Source: Octopus vulgaris
Taxonomy: Eukaryota
DNA length: 64,000 nucleotides
Direction: 5' to 3'
Assembly: GCA_951406725.2 (NCBI GenBank)
Contig: OX597824.1
Span: 44,826,001-44,890,000, forward strand
In this document: positions 51,910-64,000 of the stretch, in pieces
Layout: every line of letters starts with the position of its first letter
How positions within the stretch are numbered: the first letter of the stretch is position 1
Program-made: the position numbers and the translations under genes
Notes under the pieces: model-generated
The model's database searches: none
What the model was told of the DNA's origin: nothing
What the model saw: only the letters and a program-made list of their open reading frames with translations

Positions 51910-53380
51910 CCCTTTTTCTTTTCCTGAGTTATCTATGTCACATCTCAGTTTCTTCCCACAACTTAGAGATTCAACACTTTTCTCAACACATGTACTATTC
52001 CAAGAATTGCTGTGAACTGTGTACTTCCAATGAAGTTTGGTATTTTCATTTTTCCATGCCAAAACATTGATTTCTTTGAGATGGTCCCAAGTGCATCAAT
52101 CATGATTATACTCACTTTTGCACTCTATGGTTGCTAGGTCTTGATACTTTTCAACTTTTTCATTGCTATGTCAGTGGAGGTCCATTATTTGTACTCCTAT
52201 AGGTGAGTGATATCTGGTTGGTTATGTTGCAGTTTCTTATCTGTATAGATAGGCATATCCCACATGAATTTCACCTGATCATTTTTTGCTATTGGCAAAG
52301 GTTGATGCTTGTATCACTTGTTGAACATTCTAACCCATACTTATTACACAACTCCCAGTGTTTTCACATTGCCATGGTATTGTTTTGTATTCCTTTTGGA
52401 CAAGTTTTGAGCATCTGATAATTATATGTCTTAGATGATTTTTCATATAATCTACTTTTTTCTGTTGTGCTATCAATGCTGCACTTGATTGAAGTGGTTC
52501 ATAAAGCTTGTTCTTGAGCAGCAAGGATCAATCCTTGTCTCCTTCTTTTAAAAAATCCATGTCATAACCACATCGAAAATTTTTCATCAGCTTCATTCAC
52601 TGTTTGTTGGAAAAACTCTGCATAGGACTTTCTCTTTCCAGTTGATGATTTTTTTTTTTTTTCATTAGCCCTCAGTTTGTACTCTTGTTGTTACTGATCG
52701 CTTTCTTACTCAGTGCAGCCTGCAACATTTTTTCATCACTATCTGTAAGATAGGCATGCAAGGACTTAGTCTCCATCATAACTCTGTCCTCTATTCCAAC
52801 CAATCCACTTCCACCTTCCTAGATAGGTAAAGTCTGGCTATATTACTTCTAGAATGAAAGGACTCGTTCATGGCCATTATCTTCCTTTTTTTTTGTCTAT
52901 GCTGACCACTTCCTCTTTTATCTATTCCACAACTCCTGCACAATAGCTTACCCTCCTTACAGCCCAAGTATTGATGATTCTGATCAGGTTTTCTCCACTC
53001 AGCTTCAATCTACATAGCTTTTTTTCACTCTTCTGGTATACTCAGAAGAAATCTTTCCCTTCATCTTGATGTTCATCATTTGGCCTGTAAAATAGTAAGA
53101 TACTTGTTTACTTTTCCATTCATTATATAGGAGTTCTAATCCACTGCTTCTTATGTTTTTACCCTCTCCTCAGTTCAAGAATAGTGCATTTATCTGAATG
53201 TCATGTGGGAAAATTCTTGTGGCCTGAATCAAGGCATTCAGTTGACCTCTACTAGCTTTGTAAAGCTTCAAATTGTCCATGAACAGCAGACAGTTAATTG
53301 ATCTCATGTTCTGTTGCAGTTAGTAACTGGCTCTCATCTTCTTCCATACCAGGAATAGCAGTAACATGCTAACAATAAAC
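51910..53380 (-). mobile_element. Degraded R4/Dong-clade LINE (RT end, CCHC knuckle, restriction-like endonuclease)
   Basis: Reverse strand: INCLLFMDNLKLY (~53260-53300), INTWAV, FHSRSNIARLYL..GLVGIED (~52780-52860), HIIIRCSKLVQKEYK (ORF 52330..52524), NQPDI and DALGTI. Confidence 0.75.
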
Positions 53381-56160
53381 AGCATATTATCACATCATTA
53401 TCATCAGGTAATCATTGACAGGCCCTTTTGCATTATAATAAATCCTCAGCAAATCAAATCCCCAAATCAGTTGATTGTTTTTGCAAAGGTATAAATATCA
53501 AAATTTTTTCATTTCTTCCCCTCCTGTAAGTCTCAGTCATCAAAATATGTAAAGCATTATTAATTTAGCTATAACTATTATTGTTGCAGGCTAAGGCTAA
53601 GTTACAAAAGTAAGTTCAGGATAAATGTTATCAGTGACAAGGTTTCAATTCTGAGAGAATGTAGCGTCACTTATTATGCTTAATATTGTTGCATGAATTC
53701 ATGAGTTTTTCATGTCCATGATAATTGTTAGTCACCATATCTATGTAAAAAATACCTGTTTAGGTGGTGGTGGTGGCAGCAGCAGTAGTGGTGGTGGTGG
53801 TGAGACTTACATTCTCTGACAAACCAGGCCAGCAATCCATTTTTAATTCCCAGCAGAGACTAGTAGGCTTATGTTGCTAACATCTTTCAGAAGCTAAGAG
53901 TATTACATATTCTCATTCAACTTATTTCAAGGCTCTGAATCATTAAAAAAAAAATAAATAAAACAATTGTGGCAGGTGTTTACCACTAAGTTTCAGTTCC
54001 TACCTGGAATATTTATGCCCTTTAAAGAATAGTTACCACAAGTTTGTATTTTCCCATTGCAGTCAGTCTGGAGTTATTCTAAAAAAAAAAATTTTTTTTT
54101 TTTTTAAATTATATCAGCTTTAAAATTTTCAAACTGCTGAAAAATATAAAATCTAACTAATGAATGTTTCTTTCAACTGTAAATTAAAAATGTTATCAAT
54201 CCATTATTTATTTCACAATATGTAGGATAACTAAGTTATTTCATTTACATAATTCATTATCCTCATAAATTTAATAGTGTTTGAACATCATGTTTATTTG
54301 TTAGTAAAATATAAATTCAACAACATTTAACCTTTTATTATAAACAAGACAGGAAAATGTATTTATAAATTTTCTGTTTTTTTAGAAAAACAACCTTATG
54401 ATTTCACTATCTTTGTTGTGTTTTAGAAACTCCGGAGGAAATCAATAACTTCTTTAAATGTTTTAAAAAATCTTTTAAAAGTTTTGTAAAACTTCTATAT
54501 CTGATCTGATATATTTTTTACATATTTTGGTCTGTACTTTTTTTGATCATACTAAAAACCTCCATTGATTTTCATATAGCACAAGCTATCTTGACATTTA
54601 TTGAATGAAATACATTAGGTTGAATGTGTTACAGAAATTGCATATATAATTTGGTATCAAATATGTTTGGTTAAATATACTACATTAGCCAAGTCAGATA
54701 TGTTTAAATATATTTACTTATGTTCAGGGGAAAATAGAAGAAACTTAGACCAGAAACATTAAATATGATTTTTTGACATTTTTTCACTGCAAATTCATGG
54801 AGCAAGTTTATACTTTTCATTGCTGGACTTGGTAAAATGTTCTGATAGTAATGTATTTTGTGGAGCCAATTACTTCTCAATTCAATTTTCATAGAAATCA
54901 TGTTTTTCTTGTCAAAAATAAAATAACCTATGATTTGCATGTTCTATTTCATTTGTAAAAATAATACAAACTTTTTTTTTTTTACTTAAGTTTGGTGTAA
55001 AAAAGTTTCAGAGTTTAAGCTGTGCAAGTATCCTGTAGTGATGGTTATGATTAGAGAAAGGGAACTGGGTTTTCCACATGCAAAGTTGCTATTAGTTTGT
55101 GCAAGGGTTGTTCAAAGATTTATCAATAATTTTTTTAAGAATGGACATTCTTACTATGTATTCTTGCATGTGCAGGAAGTAAAAAGAAATAGTTTGTTTT
55201 GATGGATATGCTCAACCTTGAGTGTCGTCTATAGCATGTGAAGGGTTTCTTGGTTTGGAGAACTGGGGGAAATAAATCAGTGCAATCAACAGTCTTCCCT
55301 GCCTTATTAATTCAGTGTATATAAATTAAAATTTCTAATTGACGTGCATGAGGAGTTGTCCTTCTTAGTGCCTGAGTTGTCCATCTTGGTATTATATGTA
55401 TATAGTTATGAGTCATCAATTACAATTTCTTTTTGAAACCTAAATAATCCTTCATTAGATTAAATTTTCCTCTGGCCAAGGAGCTTATTATACACCATAC
55501 TACACTAGCAAAAGTTAATGTAAGCTAAATCAAATGTGTTTGATTTAAAAAAACAACAAATAAGTTACCCAAGACACTGAGTATTATGCATGTGACCATC
55601 CAATTTTATATCATGATCAATGTTTAATTTTGCATAATCTGTTTCATGAAACTCTGACAATTATATATCCTCATCTAACATATACATATTTTTCATTCTT
55701 GAAAGATCACTTTTCCATGATCTAGCCAATATTTCATTCCTCCTCTCCTACAAAGTATTATATTGCTAGTTTATGCTAGTAAATACCCATTCCATCTGTC
55801 ACTGACCCAACATTATAATTATTCTCATTTATAATCACTCTCATTTAAAATTAATTTGTTTTCCATTTTCTCATTAAAACTCCCAGTGTCCTTGAAGAAA
55901 CTTCTATCATTATGACTCCAATTACATTACTCAGTTTTTTTTCAATTAATTAAGATGTATATCAGGACTTTGTATCAATACTATATCAGTAATCTTTATA
56001 CTGCTAAGAGCTGCCACAAGTTTTTAACTAAATTTCTTTACCTCTGACATTGATTTTATAGGTCACAGTGGTGTTTTAGCATTCACTTTACATGCTTTTC
56101 ATTTAATTGCCACTCAAAATTTCAGCATATTCTTCTCCAAACATTTCTCAATGATACATA

Positions 56161-56365
56161 CCCTTTTGATACCAACCAACCTGAGACCACCTCCTGCTTC
56201 TATGAGACAAACTTCTTGTTTTAAAGTGATCTAAATGAAAGCCTTCTGTCAAAATTTCATGTTAATTTATGTTTTACATGCCAGCTTAATAATGACAGTT
56301 ATTTTACTAAATTTTTCATTATTTTCAAAATAATGTATTTCAACAAAAATATGGTAATATAAGGG
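56161..56365. mobile_element. piggyBac-type MITE (family P2, older copy)
   Basis: Starts cccttttgatacc and ends ggtaatataaggg+TTAA; internal similarity to 25889-26105 and ~22230-22435. Confidence 0.7.
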
Positions 56366-57542
56366 TTAAGAAGCTTCTTGGGGGAATAATTTCTTCCAAA
56401 TTAACTGCATATCATCATCATCATTTTTATATTTTTCCACTCTGGTGTGGATTGAACAAGTCTCACATCTCACTGCTCAGTACAGTCCTTTGTTATTTGG
56501 CAAACCAATTGTCTTTGTCATGTATGTCAGGAATTTTATGGATGAAAACTCTTCTTATCACCAACTACTTTACAGCATGGACTTGATAAATTATATTGAA
56601 TCTCTTCTACCTTATGACACCTTTCATTAATATAAATTTATATATTTGCGTGATATGTGTATGTATGTAGCAGCAGCAGCACCATCCATATGTGGAACTC
56701 TATTGTAAGCCTATTTTGAACTTTGTAGAGATTTAATAGTGGAGGGTGGGGTGAATCACACAAATTTAGCCCTTGCAATCACTCCAAGTGCTTGGATTCG
56801 CTTGCTGAAGATCTCTTTTCATAAACAATACCTGTAATAAAACTAGAAAATACTTCATCTCCCAACAATTACCAGTTCTCTATAAAGTGAGGCTTACAAT
56901 GGAATACTGCTCATAGATCTGGGTCAGTACTGTTGCCACACACTCAGAGAAACGTTCTTAACTGCATCTAGAGAAGAGTCAATTATATGCTTAAAATTAT
57001 TTACTGACATGCTCTGGACAACCATTGTGCTGTCTTTCCTCTCTCTGCCTTTTCTACCACTACTTTAATGGCCTCTGTTCTTTGAGGTTAGCTTGTCTCA
57101 TTTAGCCACTGTCACTCAAGCACTGCTCATTCACCCATTTCTCCTCTCACCATGCATCTTGTATTCTCTTCCCTACTCCATCCCTACCAAGTCCCATACT
57201 ACTCTCAATCCTTTCCAGAACATTACCATTCTGAAATTCTCCCTTGCACATCTTTCTTGCAGTACTTGATTTGTATCAGTTAAAACAGATCATTAACAAC
57301 ATCAGTCTTACCTGTCTGGGAAGACCTGTGAAGGTACTACTCCTTCCTCCAGATCACTTTACCAATATTTATTAGTTGAAAGATTTTCATTCCATTTGAA
57401 ACCTTGCATTTGTGTATTTTGCCTATAGATTAGCAATAATGCTTGGTGAATGTCCGAGTAAGTGCAACCCTGTGTCTCACAATTACAGTAATATCACATT
57501 ATTTACATTTGACAGATATTTGTCTTCATCTTGTTTGTTGTT

Positions 57543-57588
57543 AACACAACGGTTTGGCTGATATACCTTCCAGCCTTCATTAGGTGTC
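57543..57588 (-). ncRNA. Mirror copy of the hammerhead motif (more decayed)
   Basis: Reverse complement GACAC-CTAATGA-A-GGCTG-gaaggtatat-CAGCC-AAACC-GTT-GTGTT. Confidence 0.6.
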
Positions 57589-57728
57589 TTGGGGAAATTT
57601 CGAATCCAGGTTCTCATTCCTAAGGTATTTTTCAATGTTATTATTATTATCATTATTATTCAGGTTACTGCTTGGAATCAAACTCAGAATCTGAGGGTTA
57701 GTAGCCCACCACTACACCATATGCCCGT

Positions 57729-57801
57729 GGGCATATGGCATAGTGGTTAAGAGTGCGGGCTACTAACCCCAAGATTCTGAGCTCGATTCCAAGCAGTGAC
57801 C
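57729..57801 (+). promoter_or_regulatory. tRNA-derived Pol III internal promoter (SINE-like head)
   Basis: A box TGGCATAGTGG, anticodon-like arm GGG-CTACTAA-CCC, B-box-like GAGCTCGATTCC. No proper acceptor stem. Confidence 0.7.
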
Positions 57802-57889
57802 TGAATAATAATAATAATAATAATAATGATAATAATAATAACATCGAAAAATAGCTTAGGAATGAGAACCCAGGTTGGAAATTTTCCCA

Positions 57890-57935
57890 AACACTTGATG
57901 AAGGCTGGAAGGGATATCAGCCGAAACGTTGTGTT
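57890..57935 (+). ncRNA. Minimal type I hammerhead ribozyme motif (Penelope type; one core substitution)
   Basis: AACAC-TTGATGA-A-GGCTG-gaagggatat-CAGCC-GAAAC-GTT-GTGTT: stem I AACAC/GTGTT, stem II GGCTG/CAGCC. First core base is T rather than C. Confidence 0.75.
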
Positions 57936-60900
57936 AACAACAAACATGATGAGGACAAATATCCATCAAATGTAAATAATTCCTCATCTCTTAAGTATAG
58001 AACTACAGTAACATCATTTACTACATTCATTTTGACCATTGACTTTGAAAGTAATAGAATAATTGGCATTACACATCAGTTTTGATTTTGGTTTGGCTTC
58101 CCATCATCCATATATACATTAGGTATGCATTAAATTACTGCTGTTAGTATAAACATTGACATGTTGAGTGTTTGTTGGGTCTATATCTGATAAAAAGGTC
58201 TTCCATAGTACAGTATTTTTTGTGGGGAACATTTCAAGTTGGAGATTTGGCTGCTGTTTCTGACAGGTTGAGTAATCACTTAGAAGCTCCCTCATTGGCT
58301 CATAAAATGCTGGTACATAAATGTGGTGTACCATCCTGAAATTTGTTTACAGATTTCTCTTGTAGAGTACATTTGTAAAGTATTATTTACCATTCAAGTG
58401 TATGCCAAGTATCTTTGATATACTTTAGTTTTGAGAATGTGGTGCTTTATTGAATATGGTAAGATGTCTAAGAAAAATAAGTGTGATTTATCTTTAAAAT
58501 TAATAGATTTTCATTTTTGTGGTGTTGAACACTATCAAATTATCAGATCACACATGGCATGTTTATACCAATATCCTCCTCGTCATATTTAGCAAAAATT
58601 TTAAATGTGCTTTCTCATGCTGGTTTTTGATTTGAGCCATATGAGATGTCTCTACTTGACTTAAATCAACACTCCTATTTTTAATTCAAATGAGAATGTA
58701 CTAAGGTTGGTAGGATGCTTTATCTCCCACTCAGTTTAATAGGTTTATTAAGACTTCCATCAATAACAGTTGTGTGTGTGCACATAAGCATGTATTTAAT
58801 ATATAGTAATAGCTTATTTGTCTTTTTGTTTTTGTAAATTTTTTTGGTCATTTTCAAGGAAGAAGTGTCTTAAAACAGTACATAACAGAATGAAGGCTAC
58901 ATTATGCCAACATTTTCTTAGGCATTACGCACAAGCTCTTATTTAGAGAAAAGGAGTCTATAGTTTGTGTCCAGGACCCTTATCTAAATGTTATTATATC
59001 ATTCCACTCAGCTGTTCTCTTTGTTAGCCCTAGAATTAAAAAAAAAGCTGCCTTTACACCAGTAAAGTTTAAGTTAAGAAAATACATTGTTTATCATTGG
59101 TTTTCATGTATCAGGTATTGAATTATCTCAGCTAATTAATGAAATTTGTATTATTGATTCTGAAAAATTTGTTTTATTGACCATCAAACATGTATGTAAC
59201 TTTGGCATCATTTCTATTCAAAATTGTAAAGTCCTGAACCATTATTTTGCTTTCTATAATTTTTCTTTTCTAATTTAGGTGGAAAGAGTATATTCAAGTG
59301 ATATACTCCTGTTCTGTATTGACATTAACAAAGAAAAGGTGAAATGAATTGGGATTGAGTGATAAATGTATTTGGAGTGAATTTAGTTAATATATGTTGC
59401 AAAGATGTTGACAGAAATTTCACTCATGCTGTTAAACTTATAATGTACATTGGTGATAATTGCTTACTATCTTTTCAACAATTTGCTCTTTAGAAGTATT
59501 GCATAAATATCTATTTGAGTAAACACTTACACTTAACTCAAAATAAAATCCAAAAGGTAACTTCTAAAATGCATTATCATGTTGAATTTATATTTAAGAT
59601 ATTGATTTGTTTGTTTTGCATTAAAGCATACACACTAATATTTCAAGCCAGGGTCTAAAACATTTTTAACTGCTGTGGGGTGTGAAAAATCTATTAAACT
59701 CTTTTATCAATTTCCCTATAGACTAATTATTGCCAACATACATCCTCAACAGTTCTTACAGATTTTGAATTGTACTTTATACAGTTCAAGCTGTCACTGA
59801 GTTCACATTTGAAACTTTGCCTTTCATCTCAATCTATCTCAGTTCTGAGTTCACATTTGAAATTTTACCTTTCATCTCTGTAGGATTGATAAAATAAGTA
59901 CCAGTAATTTGGTGTGGCAAATTCAATTGATTATAGCTTACTCTTAAAAAATTTAATTTTATACCCAAATCCAAAATAATAAATCTGTGGTGTGATTTCA
60001 AATCAGTGTTGCAACCGTCCCTCTTAACTTGTGGTTCCAATGCTACTATTAAGAAAAGATAAAATAAAAAGCATGAAAGACACATCCTGCAATTCCACAT
60101 CCCTAAAAGGTTTTAGTCTTCAAGTCAAAGAAACCATTACTAGGGATAAGTATCCTTTTAAGTAAACTGTTACTTTAAGAATACTTGTATGAATATCTGA
60201 ATTTGTTCAAAATCCACAACTAAGATTAATATTGATAAGTCTTACAGCAGATTTTATCAGCCATTTCTGACTTAGATGAAAAAAAAAAAAAAAAAAAAAT
60301 TGCATGCTTAGTTGTCCCTTCCCATGCAGTTTTTATTTTCTGGCAGAAAAATACTAGGCTTACTGGTGTCACAGGAAAACCTTGGGGAATAATCGAAATG
60401 TTGCTGGATTGTTTTAACAAACTAATCCTCAAATCCACTCTGTTCTGTTGTGACATTGTGGATAACACTAATAATGCTTTTTAACTCTGACAAAAGGACC
60501 ACAAATTTGAGGAAAGTGTAGAATTAATTTTACTGGTACTGGAGAAACAAGTCAACTTCAGTGGGAGGGAGAAGGGAAATAACTCAGGCATTTAGTCTGT
60601 CACACTGCCCTAACAATAATCTCTATATAACAATAGCTAATATTTATGTTGGTTGATTAATTTCCTCAATTACATTTTTACAGAGAGAGTTAAAAGAAGA
60701 GCTGCAGGTTGAGTGTGCATACTAGACTGGTGGCAGGCAATGAGTAAATGAATGTTTTAAACAGAGAAAGAATCATAGAGACAGAAGGGAAAGAGAGGAA
60801 GTGTATGTGTGTGTAAATATATACAAAGATAAATGAGGTGAACATGTAAACTTCTATAGTAAAAAATTCAACATGGAATATAATTTTGTTTTGAATTTTT

Positions 60901-62910
60901 ATTTTTTACTTTTTGAATATTGTTTCATTTAATTTCAAAGTTAAATTTTTTTTTTAATTAATATTCATTTCATCATTTTGTATAAACACCATAATTATTG
61001 TATGTATGCCATATTTCCTGATTCTGTGCATGGTAGCCAAAATATACTTCCAAAGTTTCCTATCGTATGATGAGCAACATTCTAATAATAGTAATATAAC
61101 TTTTTCTTTTTTTTTTTAAATAAAAACTTGAAAAAAACTTGCTGAGATTCTTTATACCTGAGGAGAATATCTAACTGATAAGTGTGACAGGTTTTTACAC
61201 AATCGCCATTATAGGTCACTTGTAATCAGGACCAAAGATGAGATCCAATGGCAAGATGACTGCTGGGAGCTTGCACATTTCCAAAAGATCTGATATTTAT
61301 TCACAAAAGTTAGGCCAACTGAGCCCATATCAAATACTCTACTCTGAAACAAAAGCAACTTTAATGCTAGATTTGAGCACAAGACTCATATGCAAATAAT
61401 GAAATATCCATTGTACCATTGATAATATAGCATGAGAAAATTGGCGTTGGGTTTTCTTTTTTTATTATACAAAACAAATATATTTTTGTGTTTTTATCTG
61501 AAGTTTTTCTCACTTGACATTGTCCGAAAATTGAGAAAAATGACCAAATAATAGGAAAAATTGCTGAATACTTCCTTTTAGAATAAAGAGACATTTCATT
61601 GAGTATGTGTTTCTGTATCATTGATTTTATTTGGCCTATTCTGTTACCTTTTTTAATGTTGACCAGCCCAGCTATGTCAAGCAAAACGTTTCATTGGGGT
61701 TAGTACATGGAATAACTAATTGCAATTTTTAAGAGCATAAGGATTTGATTGAGAGAAAACTTGGCTACTACATTAACGTGAGTGTTTCATAAATATTGCC
61801 AATTTTAATTTTTATGAAGTACCAGCATGCTAGAGATTTATGGTGATTTATATATACATACACATATATATATGTATTTGTATTTGTTACTATGTTCTTT
61901 CATCAGCTAATGATGGTGTCCTAGATTGGTGACTGCCTGAATTTTTTAGACCTGTTAGAATTTTAGCTTTCATCTTGTAACTTTGTAATGAGCAGTTTGT
62001 TTTAGAAATTAAGATACAGCATATAGCCCCAGTAGAGTACAGATTTAGTGACTTGCACTAAAGCTCCCTCTTTAACTATTTTTTAACATATTTATTGGAG
62101 AAATGATAATAAAAATTTGAATGAATCTGTGAAAAACATATTTGACAATTATCTTATTAAACATCCTTAATGCTGTTGTCTTTGATGTTTTTCTCACAAT
62201 AATTAAATTATTAAATCGCTGTATCATTTTGAGAATTTTTTGAAAATTTTCCTAACTACCAGTTTTTTTTTTGTTTTTTTTGTCCTCCTCAAATGTATAT
62301 TATAGAAAATTTTATTATTATAACTATATATGTATGTGTTTTTCCCTTAATATTGATCTGGTATTTTTGTTTTGTTATAAAAATTTCTTTATCACCATCA
62401 GTCTAACCACTTATGTGGATACAACAGTAAGATAGTTTTTTATATGGTTGAAGGATCTTTCCAGTGTTAACTTTTTACAAATTCTTGTATTCTCCCCTGG
62501 CGTTTATTTCCTCCACCAGTTCCATGTATATGTAACTATATTTTGTATGTTACCCTCAAGCAAGGCTCCATCTCAAATAAATTCACTTTGAGATTTCTTA
62601 CTAAAATTTGATTGCTTTCTGCAATCCTGTCCAATTCTTCCATATACAAAATGTGTCTATGTTCATGTTTGTGTGTCTACATATGTGCGTAGGACTGGGT
62701 GAATGTATGCATGTATACATGACTGTCTCTATACAAATACATGTGTGTGTGTTATATAGGTTTATGTATGTATGTATTTGGGTGTGTGTTTATATGCATA
62801 TATATATATATATAAAGATGAGTTTTTGAATGGATGGATATATGCACATATATATTTATATATATGTGTGTGTGTGTGTGTGTATTTATCTTTGAGTTTA
62901 TGTTTGTATG

Positions 62911-62949
<39 letters not shown>

Positions 62950-64000
62950 GCACCTAGTCATTAATCAGAGCCACATGAACAGGGTGTTCTTATATTAGAA
63001 CAACAAATGATATATTCGCTGATGGTGCACAATGATGCCAAAATGCATGTGTTCTACAGTCTGATAATCTCAAACATAATCCAATATTGTGTTTTTGCGC
63101 ATGTTGTCAAAAAGGTGAATTTTTCTCTTGAGTTAATTTCTGCAGCATGACCTTCCATGTCTGAGTAAACACAAATATGCTTAACATAATTCTACACTCT
63201 TATATTTCATTCCATGCTGCTTAGTACACCACTGATTAATTCCAGCTTGATAAAGCTTTGCACTCAAAAGCAAATCTACTATTTGTTGGTTTAATATAAG
63301 AACAACCTTTCATTAGTGGCTATGAAGAGTGACTTGGTATTCATAGTTGATGATGCACAATAATGCAGAATCACGTGCTTTGTGGTCTGACATCATTCAT
63401 AGCCCAATTGTTTCACACATCTTTTTAATAAGTATTCTCTTGAGACAATCTCTGCAGTGTATATCTTTTTATGACTGAATATACATAAACATGTTAAGTA
63501 TGGTTATGCAAGCTTATATATATATATATATATACATACACATGCATGCACACATACAATAGGAACTGATGAGCTGCAGGCTGCACCAAGCTCTAATATC
63601 TGTTTTGGCATGGTTTCTTCAATGACTTGCCCTTCCCATATGCCAACCACTTTAGAGAGTGAACTGGAGTGCTTTTCTGTGGTACCAGCACTAGTGAGGT
63701 TACCAAGTAGTTGCAAAACAAGACCCTCCCCCTCATCTGAGTTGGGTATTATATTGAAGATGAAAGTGTTATATAGGACAGGAACAGGGTCTTGCTGCAG
63801 AGGTGAATACATGGCATCCACAGTTGGAAAGAGAGAGAAAATAGCGATAGAGGAACAGAAAAAAGGTGGGTGGGTAGGTAAGGATGCAAGGATGTTTTGT
63901 GATTAGAGATGAGGAATGTGGAGGATGCAGTGTGAGGAAGGAAAAGTGAAGAAAATAGGTGTGGGTAATGGAGATGGAGGAGGTAATAAGGGACACTAGT

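Larger units (their letters stand above)
57496..58003. mobile_element. Palindromic head-to-head element: tRNA-like head + (AAT)n + hammerhead + tail in each arm
   Basis: Axis ccatatgccc-gt-gggcatatgg (57717-57738); arms pair out to 57498/57980; 23-nt unpaired extension on the right; TSD tacagtaatatc (57484-57495) / tacagtaacatc (58004-58015). Confidence 0.9.

Noticed and set aside
57729-57801. Possible tRNA gene with ACT anticodon
   Set aside because: No paired acceptor stem, imperfect B box, and embedded in a repeat; treated as a SINE-type head.
63000-63470. Possible hAT transposase remnant on the minus strand (CIIVHHQL-like peptide)
   Set aside because: Only weak short motifs and no TIR/TSD seen; needs BLASTx.

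Overview
AT-rich, repeat-dense animal genomic DNA. The SINE/LINE/MITE repertoire and microsatellite load suggest an octopus (coleoid cephalopod) genome; this is inference and needs a BLAST check. One protein-coding gene is recognisable: four + strand coding exons of a DESI2/PPPDE-family cysteine peptidase (31994-32066, 36442-36535, 42604-42745, 45855-46016). They splice with GT-AG ends and consistent phases into a 156-aa frame carrying the FHSG (His) and NCNHF (Cys) catalytic motifs. The start-codon exon was not found, so 1-31993 is probably intron. The rest is mobile DNA: tRNA-derived SINEs, LINE relics of the RTE, L1/Tx1, R4/Dong and CRE-like clades, two mariner copies, and hAT- and piggyBac-type MITEs. 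The most unusual item is a ~510-bp palindromic insertion (57496-58003). Each arm reads tRNA-like Pol III head, (AAT)n spacer, minimal Penelope-type hammerhead ribozyme and tail, and the whole is flanked by a target-site duplication. A deleted mini-palindrome of the same family lies at 33182-33307, and further hammerhead-bearing fragments sit in (TA)n tracts. A young RTE LINE also carries a PHD-type zinc finger inside its reverse transcriptase and shares its 3' end with a local SINE family. All calls come from reading by eye; boundaries of degraded repeats are approximate.
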